Positions 1-10,300 of a stretch of DNA of 64,000 nt are shown here, piece after piece; position 1 is the stretch's first letter, and every line of letters begins with the position of its first letter. Source of the DNA: Malacoraja senta (Eukaryota); assembly GCA_038087875.1 (NCBI GenBank), contig CM075996.1:6884001-6948000 (forward strand), written 5' to 3'. The notes under the pieces are model-generated. The model ran no database searches. It was not told the origin of the DNA and saw only the letters and a program-made list of their open reading frames with translations. The position numbers and the translations under genes are program-made.

Positions 1-68
1 CATGTTAAATCTGTGAACCTTCCACGCCCGTTTTCCATTTTATAATCATAGCCCCGTTCCTATTTCAG

Positions 69-125
69 ATTCCAAGGAGAGCAGGGAGAGGAAAATCAAA
101 GTGCTGGGATCCAGAGATGATGACG
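69..125 (+). CDS. Microexon type A (57 nt, phase 1-1) of S-x-E-rich repeat protein: DSKESRERKIKVLGSRDDD
   Basis: Acceptor ttcctatttcag, donor G|gtgggt, length divisible by 3, open frame; repeated at 1289-1345. Confidence 0.65.
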
Positions 126-607
126 GTGGGTGGACCTGTGTGTCTGGGGATTGTTGGCCAGGCCGCTGTCGGGGAGCTGGGTCTGTGAGGATGAACAAAG
201 TGAAGGGTCTTGACCCGAAATGTCGCTGTGCGTTTACCCGATTGTTGAGTTGAGGGGTAACGTTTTCACACAGGCGGTGGTGGGAATGCGGTACACGCTG
301 CTGGAGGAGGAGGTAGTTGTTGCAGGTAGTTGCTGCATGGATAGGACAGGTTTGGTGGGATTTGGGCCAAACGCAGGCAGGTGGGACTAGTGTAGATGGG
401 GCATGTTGGTCAGGATCAAACTCGGGTCTCTGGCGCTGTGAGGCAGCAACTCTACTGCTGCACCACCTTAGTTAGAATCTCCCTGGCGTAGTCACCTGTC
501 CTTATCCTGAGTGTGTGGGGGTTCGGACGGAGTTTGGGATCTTGCTGTGCCCTTCGGGTAACTGACCGCGTGGTCGGCAAACTGTAACCCTCTTCCTTCT
601 GTTTCAG

Positions 608-643
608 ACTCAGCGGAGAACGAGAGTGGGCCCGATACTAAAG
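608..643 (+). CDS. Microexon type B (36 nt, phase 1-1): DSAENESGPDTK
   Basis: Acceptor cttccttctgtttcag, donor AAG|gtagct; three copies in the window. Confidence 0.75.
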
Positions 644-1288
644 GTAGCTCTCCTGATCTTTTTAACCTTTAGAGATACGGCGCGGAAACAGGCCCTTCGG
701 CCCACTGAGTCTGTGCTGACCAATGATCACCCCGTACAATAGCAATATCCTATACACACTAGGAACAATTTTAAAATATACAGAAGCCTAATTAACTTAC
801 AGCCCTGTATGTCTTTGGAGTGTGGGAGGAAACCAGAGCACCCAGAGAAAACACAAGCGGTCACTGGGAGAACGTGCAAACTCCGTACAGACGGTACCCA
901 TAGTCAGGATTGAACCCAGATCTCTGGCGCAACTCTACCGCTGCGCCACCGTGCCGCCCTATTGTACTCATGATTGTGCCACTTAATTGTAACCATGTCC
1001 AGTCTCTCCGCTGACTGGATAGCACGCAACAAAAAAGCTTTTCACTGTACCTCGCTACACATGACAATAAATTGAACCAAACAAAACCAACCTAACCCCA
1101 ACCACACTAAACTAAACTAAACTAAACTAGACTAGACTAACAAACTAAACTGGAGTGGTGATTCTGTCAAACGTTGGGCAACACAGTGGTGCAGCTTGTG
1201 AACAGACAGCTCCATGGACTCATGTTAAATCTGTGAACCTTCCACGCCCGTTTTCCATTTTATAACCATAGCTCCGTTCCTATTTCAG

Positions 1289-1345
1289 ATTCCAAGGAGA
1301 GCGGGGAGAGGAAAATCAAAGTGCTGGGATCCAGAGATGATGACG
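1289..1345 (+). CDS. Microexon type A, second copy: DSKESGERKIKVLGSRDDD
   Basis: Same splice signals as 69-125, offset 1220 nt. Confidence 0.65.
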
Positions 1346-1823
1346 GTGGGTGGACCTGTGTGTCTGGGGATTGTTGGCCGGGCCGCTGTCGGGGGGCTGG
1401 GTCTGTGAGGATGAACAAAGTGAAGGGTCTTGACCCGAAATGTCGCTGTGCGTTTACCCGATTGTTGAGTTGAGGGGTGACGTTTTCACACAGGCGGTGG
1501 TGGGTGTGCGGTACACGCTGCTGGAGGAGGTAGTTGTTGCAGGTAGTTGCTGCATGGATAGGACAGGTTTGGTGGGATTTGGGCCAAACGCAGGCAGGTG
1601 GACTAGTGTAGATGGGGCATATTGGTCGGGATTGAACTCGGGTCTCTGGCGCTGTGAGGCAGCAACTCTACCGCTGCACCACCTTAGTTAGAATCTCCCT
1701 GGCGTAGTCACCTGTCCTTATCCTGAGTGTGTGGGGGTTCGGACGGAGTTTGGGATCTTGCTGTGCCCTTTGGGTAATTGACCATGTGGTCGGCAAATTG
1801 AAACCCTCTTCCTTCTGTTTCAG

Positions 1824-1858
1824 ACTCAGCGGAGAACGAGAGTGGGCCCGATACTAGA
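1824..1858 (+). CDS. Microexon type B, second copy: DSAENESGPDTR; one G short at the donor
   Basis: Acceptor intact; end reads ACTAGAgtagtt versus ACTAAAG|gtag in the other copies (error or decayed exon). Confidence 0.55.
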
Positions 1859-1904
1859 GTAGTTCTCCTGATCTTTTTATCCCTTAGAGATACGGCGCGG
1901 AAAA

Positions 1905-2275
1905 TTATAATAGGACAGGACAAGCTAGATGCAGGAAAAATGTCCCCAATGTTGGGCGAGTCCAGAACCAGGGGCCACAGTCTTAGAATAAAGGGGAGGC
2001 CATTTAAGACTGAGGTGAGAAAAAACTTTTTCTCACAGAGTTGTTGTGAATTTGTGGAATTCCCTGCTACAGAGGGCAGTGGAGGCCAAATCACTGGATG
2101 GATTTAAGAGAGAGTTAGATAGAACTCTAGGGGCTAGTAGAATCAAGGGATATGGGGAGAAGGCAGGCACGGGTTATTGATTTGGGACGATCAGCCATGA
2201 TCACAATGAATGGCGGTGCTGGCTCGAAGGGCCGAATGGCCTGCCCTGCACCTATTTTCTATGTTTCTATGTTTC
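1905..2275 (+). mobile_element. CR1-type LINE 3' fragment
   Basis: ORF2 C-terminus ([13 protein letters not shown]..) and (tttctatg)n tail. Confidence 0.8.
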
Positions 2276-2587
2276 TAACAGGCCCTTCGGCCCACCGAGT
2301 CCATGCCGACCAACGATCACCCCGTACACTAGCACTATCTACACACACTAGGAACAATTTTAAAATATACAGAAGCCAATTAACTTACAGCCCGGCACGT
2401 CTTTGGAGTGTGGGAGGAAACCGGAGCACCCGGAGCACCCGGAGAAAGCCCACGCGGTCACAGGGAGAACGTGCAAACTCCGTAGAGACGGCACCCGTAG
2501 TCAGGATGGAACCCGGGTCTCTGGCGCTGTGAGGCAGCAACTCTACCGCTGCGCCACCGTGTAATTCGCCTCTTTTTTAAATTCCAG

Positions 2588-2623
2588 ATTCTGCAGAAAA
2601 GGAGAGTCACTCTGCTGCTCGAG
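2588..2623 (+). CDS. Microexon type C (36 nt, phase 1-1): DSAEKESHSAAR
   Basis: Acceptor cttttttaaattccag, donor GAG|gtaccg. Confidence 0.75.
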
Positions 2624-3216
2624 GTACCGAGGTTTTTGTTTACTGATTTAAAAATATCCATCCTTGTACATTTAGTGAACGGGGCACACGGATTGAAAGC
2701 AGTTGGCAGATGAACCAGAGGGACCATGAGTAGTCCTCAATACCCCAATATGCAGCCAGGGGCCTATAAGGTCATCAGGTCATAAGGAATAGGAGTAGAA
2801 TTAGGCCATTCGACACATCAAGTCTACTCCGCCATTCAATGAAGGCCGATCTATCTCTCCCTCCTAACCCCATTCTCCTGCCTTCTCCCCATAACCTCTG
2901 ACACCCGTACTAATCAAGAATCTATCTATCTCTGCCTTAAATCCACTGACTTGGCCTCCACAGCCTTCTGTGGCAAAGAATTCCACAGATTCACCACCCT
3001 CTGTCTAAAGAAAATTCCTCCTCGTCTCCTTCCTAAAAGAACGTCCTTTCATCTAAGGCTGCGACCTCTAGTTCCAGACACATCCTCTCCACATCCAGTT
3101 CTGGAATGTTCTGGAACAGACACGAACAACTGGAGTAACCAAATCATGCCGTGATTCTTTGACAATCATTCAGCTAACTGCGCAAGAAACTAAAAATATT
3201 TCCCCTTCTGTTTCAG

Positions 3217-3252
3217 ACTCCGCGGAGAACGAGAGTGGGCCGGATACTAAAG
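3217..3252 (+). CDS. Microexon type B, third copy: DSAENESGPDTK
   Basis: Acceptor ccccttctgtttcag, donor AAG|gtagtt; differs from 608-643 only at synonymous sites (TCA/TCC, CCC/CCG). Confidence 0.78.
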
Positions 3253-3379
3253 GTAGTTCTGATCTGTGCTTCACTGGGACAGAGTGAACTGTATTAAAAT
3301 GGGAGGGAGAGTTTAGAATCCATTGCAACAACAGGGCAATGAGGATTTATTAATCAAAATTATTTTGTTTAAATTCCAG

Positions 3380-3415
3380 ATTCGGCTGAGAAAGAGTCTC
3401 ACTCTGCAGAAGGAG
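3380..3415 (+). CDS. Microexon type C, second copy: DSAEKESHSAEG
   Basis: Acceptor tttgtttaaattccag, donor GAG|gtagga; synonymous codon changes versus 2588-2623 (TCT/TCG, GCA/GCT, GAA/GAG, AAG/AAA, AGT/TCT). Confidence 0.78.
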
Positions 3416-3474
3416 GTAGGAGGTTGCTTTGTTTATTACAATGCTTATGTGAATGACTCTTATGTGAACGCATG

Positions 3475-3765
3475 TTAGCGCAGCGGTAGAGTTGCTGCCT
3501 CACAGCGCCAGAGATCCGGGTTCGATCCTGACTACGGGTGCTGTCTGTACGGAGTTTGTACCTTCTCCCCGTGACCGCCTGGGTTTTCTCCGGGTGCTCC
3601 GGTTTCCTCCCACACTCCAAAGACGTGCAGGTTTGTAGGTTAATTGGCTTCGGTTTAATTTGTAAAAATTGTCCCGAGTGTGTAGGATGGTGTTAGTGTG
3701 CGTGGTGATCGCTGGTTGGTGCGGACTCGGTGGGACAAAGGGCCTGTTTCCACGCTGTGTCTCAA
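3475..3765 (+). mobile_element. HE1/V-SINE-type tRNA-derived SINE (representative; dozens of copies on both strands, e.g. 18573-18820, 19395-19700, 29525-29760, 49190-49470)
   Basis: A/B-box head (gcgcagcggtaga..ggttcgatcc), central gggtgctccggtttcctcccacactccaaagac, CR1-like tail gggcctgtttcc..ctctaaactaaa. Confidence 0.85.
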
Positions 3766-5894
3766 GCCTTAGAGCTGCGGAGTCACACAACACAGAAAAC
3801 CCACCCTTTGTCCCACTGTGTTTAGGCCAACTATCAAGCATCCATTAACACTATAAGCCATGAACACTGCTCCTGCATACTTACTAAGCCAATTAAAACC
3901 TACAAACACGCACATCTTTGGCGTGTGGGAGGAAACCGGAGCACCCGGAGAAATCCCACGCGGGTCACGGGGAGAACGTACAAACTCTGTACAGCAAGCA
4001 CCAGTAGTCGGGTTCGAACCCGGCTGCAACTCTACCGCTGCGCCATCATGCTGCCCTAATGGTTTGGGCTGGGGATTTACAGTATATCCCCCATTACAAC
4101 CATTATAAATGAACAGCCGTTGAAATCACCTGTGAACAGTACTTCACCAAGATAGAGGCAAATGCCTTTAAACTGGAAGGGAGTGTTTTACAACAGTTCT
4201 GGTAATGGGACACAGAGGTTTACTGTGGAAGGGTCTGTGGAAGGATCTCGACCCGAAACGTCGCCCACTCCTTCTCTCCAGAGATGCTGCCTCACCCGCT
4301 GAGTTACTCCAGCATTTTGTGTCTACCTTCGATTTAAACCAGCATCTGCAGTTCTTTCTTACACAGACTGTAGTCTAGTTTAGTTTAGAGATACAGCGCG
4401 GAAACAGGCCCTTCGGCCCACCGAGTCCGTGCCGACCAGCGATCCCCGCACATTAACACAATCCTACAACACACACTAGGGACAGGTACATGGAGCGTCT
4501 GAATGGGAGCAGCAATGTGCATCAGCTCCCTGGCAGTTTCTGTCCGTGAGATCTTGCATTGGTTACGTGGTTGAAGAATGCTCAACAAACCCGTGACATG
4601 TGCAATCTTTGCTGATCAAAGTGAATGTTTGCGCTGAGACTCATTGGAAAAGCAAAACCCTCTGGTCAACAATACAGTGAGTGGGCATTTTGATGTTTTA
4701 TTGAATTCGGGCTGACGTTAGTTACTTCACTGTTGAACCCTCAATGTTCAGTGTTGGCTCTCGATGACAAAGCACAGCACAACGCTGACCAATTGATGTG
4801 TAGAAAGGAACGGTGGCGCAGCGGGTAGAGCTGCTGCCTCACAGCGCCAGAGACCCAGGTTCGATCCTGACTACGGGTGCTGTCTGTACGGAGTTTGTCT
4901 GCGACCTGTGTGGGTTTTCTCCGAGACCTTCGGTTTCCTCCCACACGCAAAAGACGTGCAGGTTTGTAGGTTGATTGGCTTTCTAAAGTGTAAATTGTCC
5001 TTGGATCGCCGACCAAGGATCTATCCTACACACACTAAGTGTAAATTGTCCTTAGAGTGAGTAGGATAGTGTGTGGATCGCTGGTCGGCGCAGACTCGGT
5101 GGGCCGAAGCGTCTGTTTTTGCGTTGTATCTCTAGACTAAACTAGATTAAACATCTCTAAACTAAAAAAAACTAAAAAGGCTTGGGCTTCTAATAGCGTC
5201 TGGTTTGGGTCTGAGAGGCAACATCTGTTCCCCAGCTGTTGGTGCCTTGGCTTCAAAGGCCCAAAAACATCGATAGAAGGAAGGTCGGCCAAGCAGGATC
5301 TTTCATCCTTAACGAGAGAGCGAAGAGTAGAAGAGGGAAGAGGACGACATTGTCTGCTACATTGCAGCTAACCCGATCACCAAATCAGAAGCCTAAGGCC
5401 TACACTTGGTTGCAGTCTGTCCAAGTAGCGGGAGAATAGCCTGGCCCAGGAGAGTCATGGTGTCATTCGGCACAGAAACAGGCCCTTCGACCCAACATGC
5501 CCATGCCGACCATCGTGCCTCATCTACACTAGTCCCACCTGCCCGCTTTCAGACCATTTCACCCCAAGTCTAAGAGACACAAAATGCTGGAGTAACTCAG
5601 CGGCTCCGACTGGAGAGAAGGAATAGGTGGCATTTCAGGTCGAGACCCTTCTTCAGACCTCAACCTATCAGACTGACTTTAAAATGTTGTCATGTACCAG
5701 CCTCAACTACTTCCTCTGGCAGCTCGTTCCATATACCCACTGTATGTGCCACCCTGTGTGGAAAAAGTTACCCCTCGGGTTCCTGTTAAATTTTCCTCCT
5801 AAGTCTATCCGTCTCACTTCATTCCAGGTCCCTTCCTTGGGAGGCAGAAATCCGACTCCGTCATGAAGAGGCCCAGACGATCAATTCGGGAATT

Positions 5895-6094
5895 NNNNNN
5901 NNNNNNNNNNNNNNNNNNNNNNNNNNNNNNNNNNNNNNNNNNNNNNNNNNNNNNNNNNNNNNNNNNNNNNNNNNNNNNNNNNNNNNNNNNNNNNNNNNNN
6001 NNNNNNNNNNNNNNNNNNNNNNNNNNNNNNNNNNNNNNNNNNNNNNNNNNNNNNNNNNNNNNNNNNNNNNNNNNNNNNNNNNNNNNNNNNNNNN
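5895..6094. other. Assembly gap (200 N)
   Basis: Run of N. Confidence 1.
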
Positions 6095-6889
6095 GTGATA
6101 ATCATTGGTTTGTAGAGAACAAGGTAGCACAGCGCCAGAGTCCCGGGTTCGATCCTGACTATGGGTGCTATCTGTACGGAGTTTGTACATTCTCCCCGTG
6201 ACCGCGTAGGTTTTCTCCGGGTGCTCCGGTTTCCTCCCACACGCCAAAGACCTGCAGGTTTGTAGGTTAATTGGCTTCTGTTAATTGTAAATTGTCCCCA
6301 GAGCGTAGGATAGCGTTAGTGTACAGGGATTGCTGGTCGGCGCGACTCCTGGGCCAAGTAGAATGTATCTCTGTCTACAAAGTAAAGTCGCAGCTGGAGC
6401 TCACGTGCAGGGTAGCAGACTCGAAGGCTATGCTGCCCCTGTGCACTGAACCTTCGTGGTGGTTTGTAGGTTAATTGGCTTCTGTAAATTGGCCCTAGTT
6501 GTGTAGGATAGAACTAGTGTACGGGGGATTGCTAGCTGGCACAAACTCAGTGGCTAAAGGGTCCGTTTCCAGGCTGTATCACTAAACACAACACTGTTTC
6601 ATTTAGCGATATTATTGGTATAGAACACCAGGAAAATCTCTCTCTGCTCTGATTCAGAGTGGTTCCCTGGGATCTTTCATCTCCATCTGATAAAACAAGC
6701 TTTGGTTCAATACCCCATTATGAAGGTGGACTCTTGTCTCCCCCATCCTCTGTCCCCTAAGTCAGACAAAGTGAACCCCCTTTGTATGGGCACTGAGTGT
6801 TTAGAGCCCAGGGCACTGTATGGGTTCAGAGCAGGCGATTCCCGCACATTAACCGATTATTCAGAGCAACCCCATTAAATTTCCCCAGT

Positions 6890-7205
6890 GACTATTCTCC
6901 CCCCAGTGTCCAAGACTATTCTTCCCCCGTGTCCAAGACTATTCTCTCCCCCCCCCCCCCGTGTCCAAGACTATTCCTCCCCCCCCCCCCCCGTGTCCAA
7001 GACTATTCTCCCCCCAGTGTCCAAGACTATTCTTCCCCGTGTCTAAGACTATTCTTCCCCCCGCATCTAAGACTATTCTTCCCCTTGTGTCCAAGACTAT
7101 TCTTCCCCCTGTGTCCAAGACTATTCTTCCCCCGCATCTAAGACTATTCTTCCCCAGTGTCCAAGACTATTCTTCCCCCATGTCCAAGACTATTCTCCCC
7201 CCATG
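6890..7205. repeat. Minisatellite, unit about 23 nt (ccaagactattcttcccccgtgt)
   Basis: About 13 direct tandem copies. Confidence 0.95.
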
Positions 7206-7305
7206 TCCATTCCACGCCTGATGCTCCGCTCTGGTAACTAGTTGAACAAGGGAGGGAAAAGGGAATGGTGCACAGAGATGCTGTATCTGAACGAGAAAGA
7301 CTCAC

Positions 7306-7375
7306 TGGGTTACAAACGTGATGGACTTCCCGAGCGGCCCGCTCTGGCCGTGCGACCCACCCGATGAATGTAATC
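7306..7375 (-). CDS. DDX47: DDX47 exon 10 ([24 protein letters not shown]), one apparent 1-nt deletion
   Basis: 70 nt; motif VI; frame slips in the GGGAA run near 7330. Confidence 0.92.
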
Positions 7376-10300
7376 CTGCAAGGTAAACATCACGCCGTGT
7401 TAGACCAGTGCATCCGATCACACAGGCAAGTTCACATGAATCTCGGATTGAGGAAACGGTGGCAAGGATTCGGTAGTGAGGAAGCAAATTCAATGGTAGC
7501 ATTTATATTACGAGGATAGACACAAAATGCTGGAGTGACTGGAGTAACTCAGCGGACAGGCAGCATCTCTGGAGAGAAGGAATGGGTGACGTTTTGGGTC
7601 GAGACCCTTCCTCAGACTCAATGCTGAGGCTCTATAAGGCACTGGTCAGGCAGCATTTGGTGTACCGTGAGCAAATTTGGGTCCCTTATCTGAGGAAGGA
7701 TGTGCTGGTTTGGAGAGGGTCCAGAGGAGGTTTACAAGAATGATTCCAGGAATGAGTGGGTTAACATATGATGAGCATCTGAAGGCACTGGGCCTGTACT
7801 CACTGGAGTTTAGAAGGTTGAGGGGGGGGACCCCATTGAAATTTACAGAATAATGAAAGGCAAAGATAGAGTGGATGTGGAGAGGATGTTTCCACTGGTG
7901 GGAAGTCTAGGACCAGAGGTCACAGCCTCAGAATTAAAGGCGCTCTTTTAGAAGGAGGCGAGGAGGAACTTCTTCAGTCAGAGGGTAGTTAATCTGTGGA
8001 ACTCATTGCCACAGAGGGATGTGGAGGCCAAGCCAGTGGATATTTTTAAGGCAGAGATAGACAAATTCGTGATTAGAACGGGTGTCAATGGTTATGGGGA
8101 GAAGGCAGGAAAATGGGATTAGGAGGCAGTGATCAGCCATGATTGAATGGCGGAGTGGACTCGATGGGCCGAATGGCCTAATTCTACTCCGATAACTTGT
8201 GAACGTTTGAAACATGACAGGCAGCAGCGACGGAATAAGCAGTGTGACAGTGGCCAGGGTATGGGGTTCAGTGGAGGGTCATAAGTTGCCCTTAGTTTAT
8301 CCTTCAGAATATAGGCTAGTGGGATGTTTAATAAACATTTGGACAGCTACATGGATAGGACGGGTTTAGAGGGATACGGGTCAATCGCAGGCAGGTGGGA
8401 CTAGCATAGATGGGACATATTGGTCCGTGTGGGCAAGTTGGGCCGAAGGGCCTGTTTCCACTCCGTATGCCTCAATAACTCTAAAACGTTCAAGCTCAAC
8501 TTATTTTTGCAGATCAAAGGCGATAAATCTTACCATTAATCTATTTTAATTCTAGACACAGTATCACTACAAAACATCATAGTTCACGGTGGTCCATAAT
8601 TGTGTCACAAGACACAGAGTGCTGGAGTAACTCAGTGGGTCAGGCAGCAGCTCTGGAGAACATGGATCGGTGACGTTTAGGACCTCAACCTCAGGCGTCA
8701 CCCCATCAGAAAGGTCTCGAGCCAAATTGTCACCTATCCTTGTTCTCCAGAGATGCTGCTTGACCCGCTGAGTTACTCCAGCACACTGTGTCGCTCTGAT
8801 GCATCTGCAGTTCTTAGCTTGCACAATTGTACCGGCTGATTTCTGCACAACAGCATCCCTGGAGAAAACATGGAGTGGTGACGCTTCGGGTCGAGATCCT
8901 TCTGATAGGCGACGTTTCAGGTCGAGGCCCTGAATGAGTATCTGGAACGTGCTGCCAATGGCTGGTGGTGGAGGTCTGAAGAAGGGTCTCGACCCGAAAC
9001 GTCGCCCACTCCTTCTCTCCTGAGGTGCTTCCTGTCCCGCTGAGTTGCTCCAACACTGAATCCAACTTTTGTGAATTAACAGCATCCTTTGTTTCCACAA
9101 TCGAGCGGCAGCTATTTTCCATCGCCCGGCCCCAGCCTTACCTTAGAATGCGTGGGGATGTCGAAGTTTATAACCACATCCACGTGGGGATATCCAGACC
9201 CCGACTTGCACATCCGTCGCCAGCAAGACCGACCGAGACTTGGCCTTGAACTTGTTCAAAGCACCCAACCGTTTGTTCTGCGAGTTAAAAATTAAACCCA
9301 AGGAGACAGGGTTGTAAAGGAATATAAAATGAGGTCAGAAAGTTACGGGGCATCTTATAGCTTAGTTTAGAAGGAAACAGGCCCATCTGCTCACCGAGTC
9401 TGCTCAGACCGGCGATCCCCGTACACTAGCACTATCCTACACACACAAGGGACAATTTACAATTTTTACCAAGCCAAACTAACCTACAATAGACAATAGC
9501 CTGTTTCCTTCGCTCCATAGATGCTGCTGCACCCGCTGAGTTTCTCCAGCATTTTTGTGAACCTACAATAGACAATAGGTGCAGGAGTAGGCCATTCGGC
9601 CCTTCGAGCCAGCATCGCCATTCAATGTGATCACGGCTGATCACACAAAGGTTCAAAGGTTCATTTATTGTCACATACACCAATTGGTGTAGTGAAATTC
9701 AAGTTGCCATTGCAGCACACTAATAAGAATACAACATAACATTTAAAGAAATTTAACATAAAACATAAAAACATCCCCCTACAATGATTCCCACTGTGAG
9801 GGAAGGCACAAAGTCCAGTCCCCATCCCTTGTCCACCCATAGTCGGGCCTTTGAGGCCTCCGCAGTCGCCGCTACGGGGACTGCGGAGGAAAACGGAGCC
9901 ACTGGAGAATAAACACGCAGGTCACGGGGGAGAACGTACAAACTCCGTACAGAGCGCCCGTAGTCAGGATCGCTGTGCCATCGTGCCGCCTGTTCAGCAG
10001 CCATGGGGGTTGACATGAGCTCTTGTGTCTGTCGGAGATGCACGATTTACAACTGTTGCAAATGTTCTGGAGACAGAAAGGCTGAAGGTGCCCGTGTGAA
10101 ATCTGTCGGGTTAATAGTGTCAACGGCAACAACGGACGGCAGCGGTAGAGCTGCTGCCTCACAGCGCCAGAGACCCGAGGAGCTGACTACGGGTGCTGTC
10201 TGTGCGGAGTTCGTACGTTTCTCCCCATGACCCCCCGTGGGTTTTCCCCTGGTGCTCCGGTTTCCCCCACGCTCCAAAAACATGCAGGTTTGTAGGTTAA

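Larger units (their letters stand above)
1..1900 (+). repeat. Tandem duplication, period about 1220 nt, carrying microexons A and B
   Basis: 1-690 recurs nearly verbatim at 1221-1900. Confidence 0.9.

Noticed and set aside
69..3415. Assignment of the microexon gene to the SCPP family (SPP1, DMP1, DSPP)
   Set aside because: Introns are phase 1, whereas SCPP coding introns are phase 0; no gene symbol assigned
3475..3545. tRNA genes
   Set aside because: tRNA-like A/B boxes continue directly into SINE body and tail in every copy
6797..7221. Repetitive ORFs or CRISPR-like array
   Set aside because: Head-to-tail minisatellite with no unique spacers, in eukaryotic DNA
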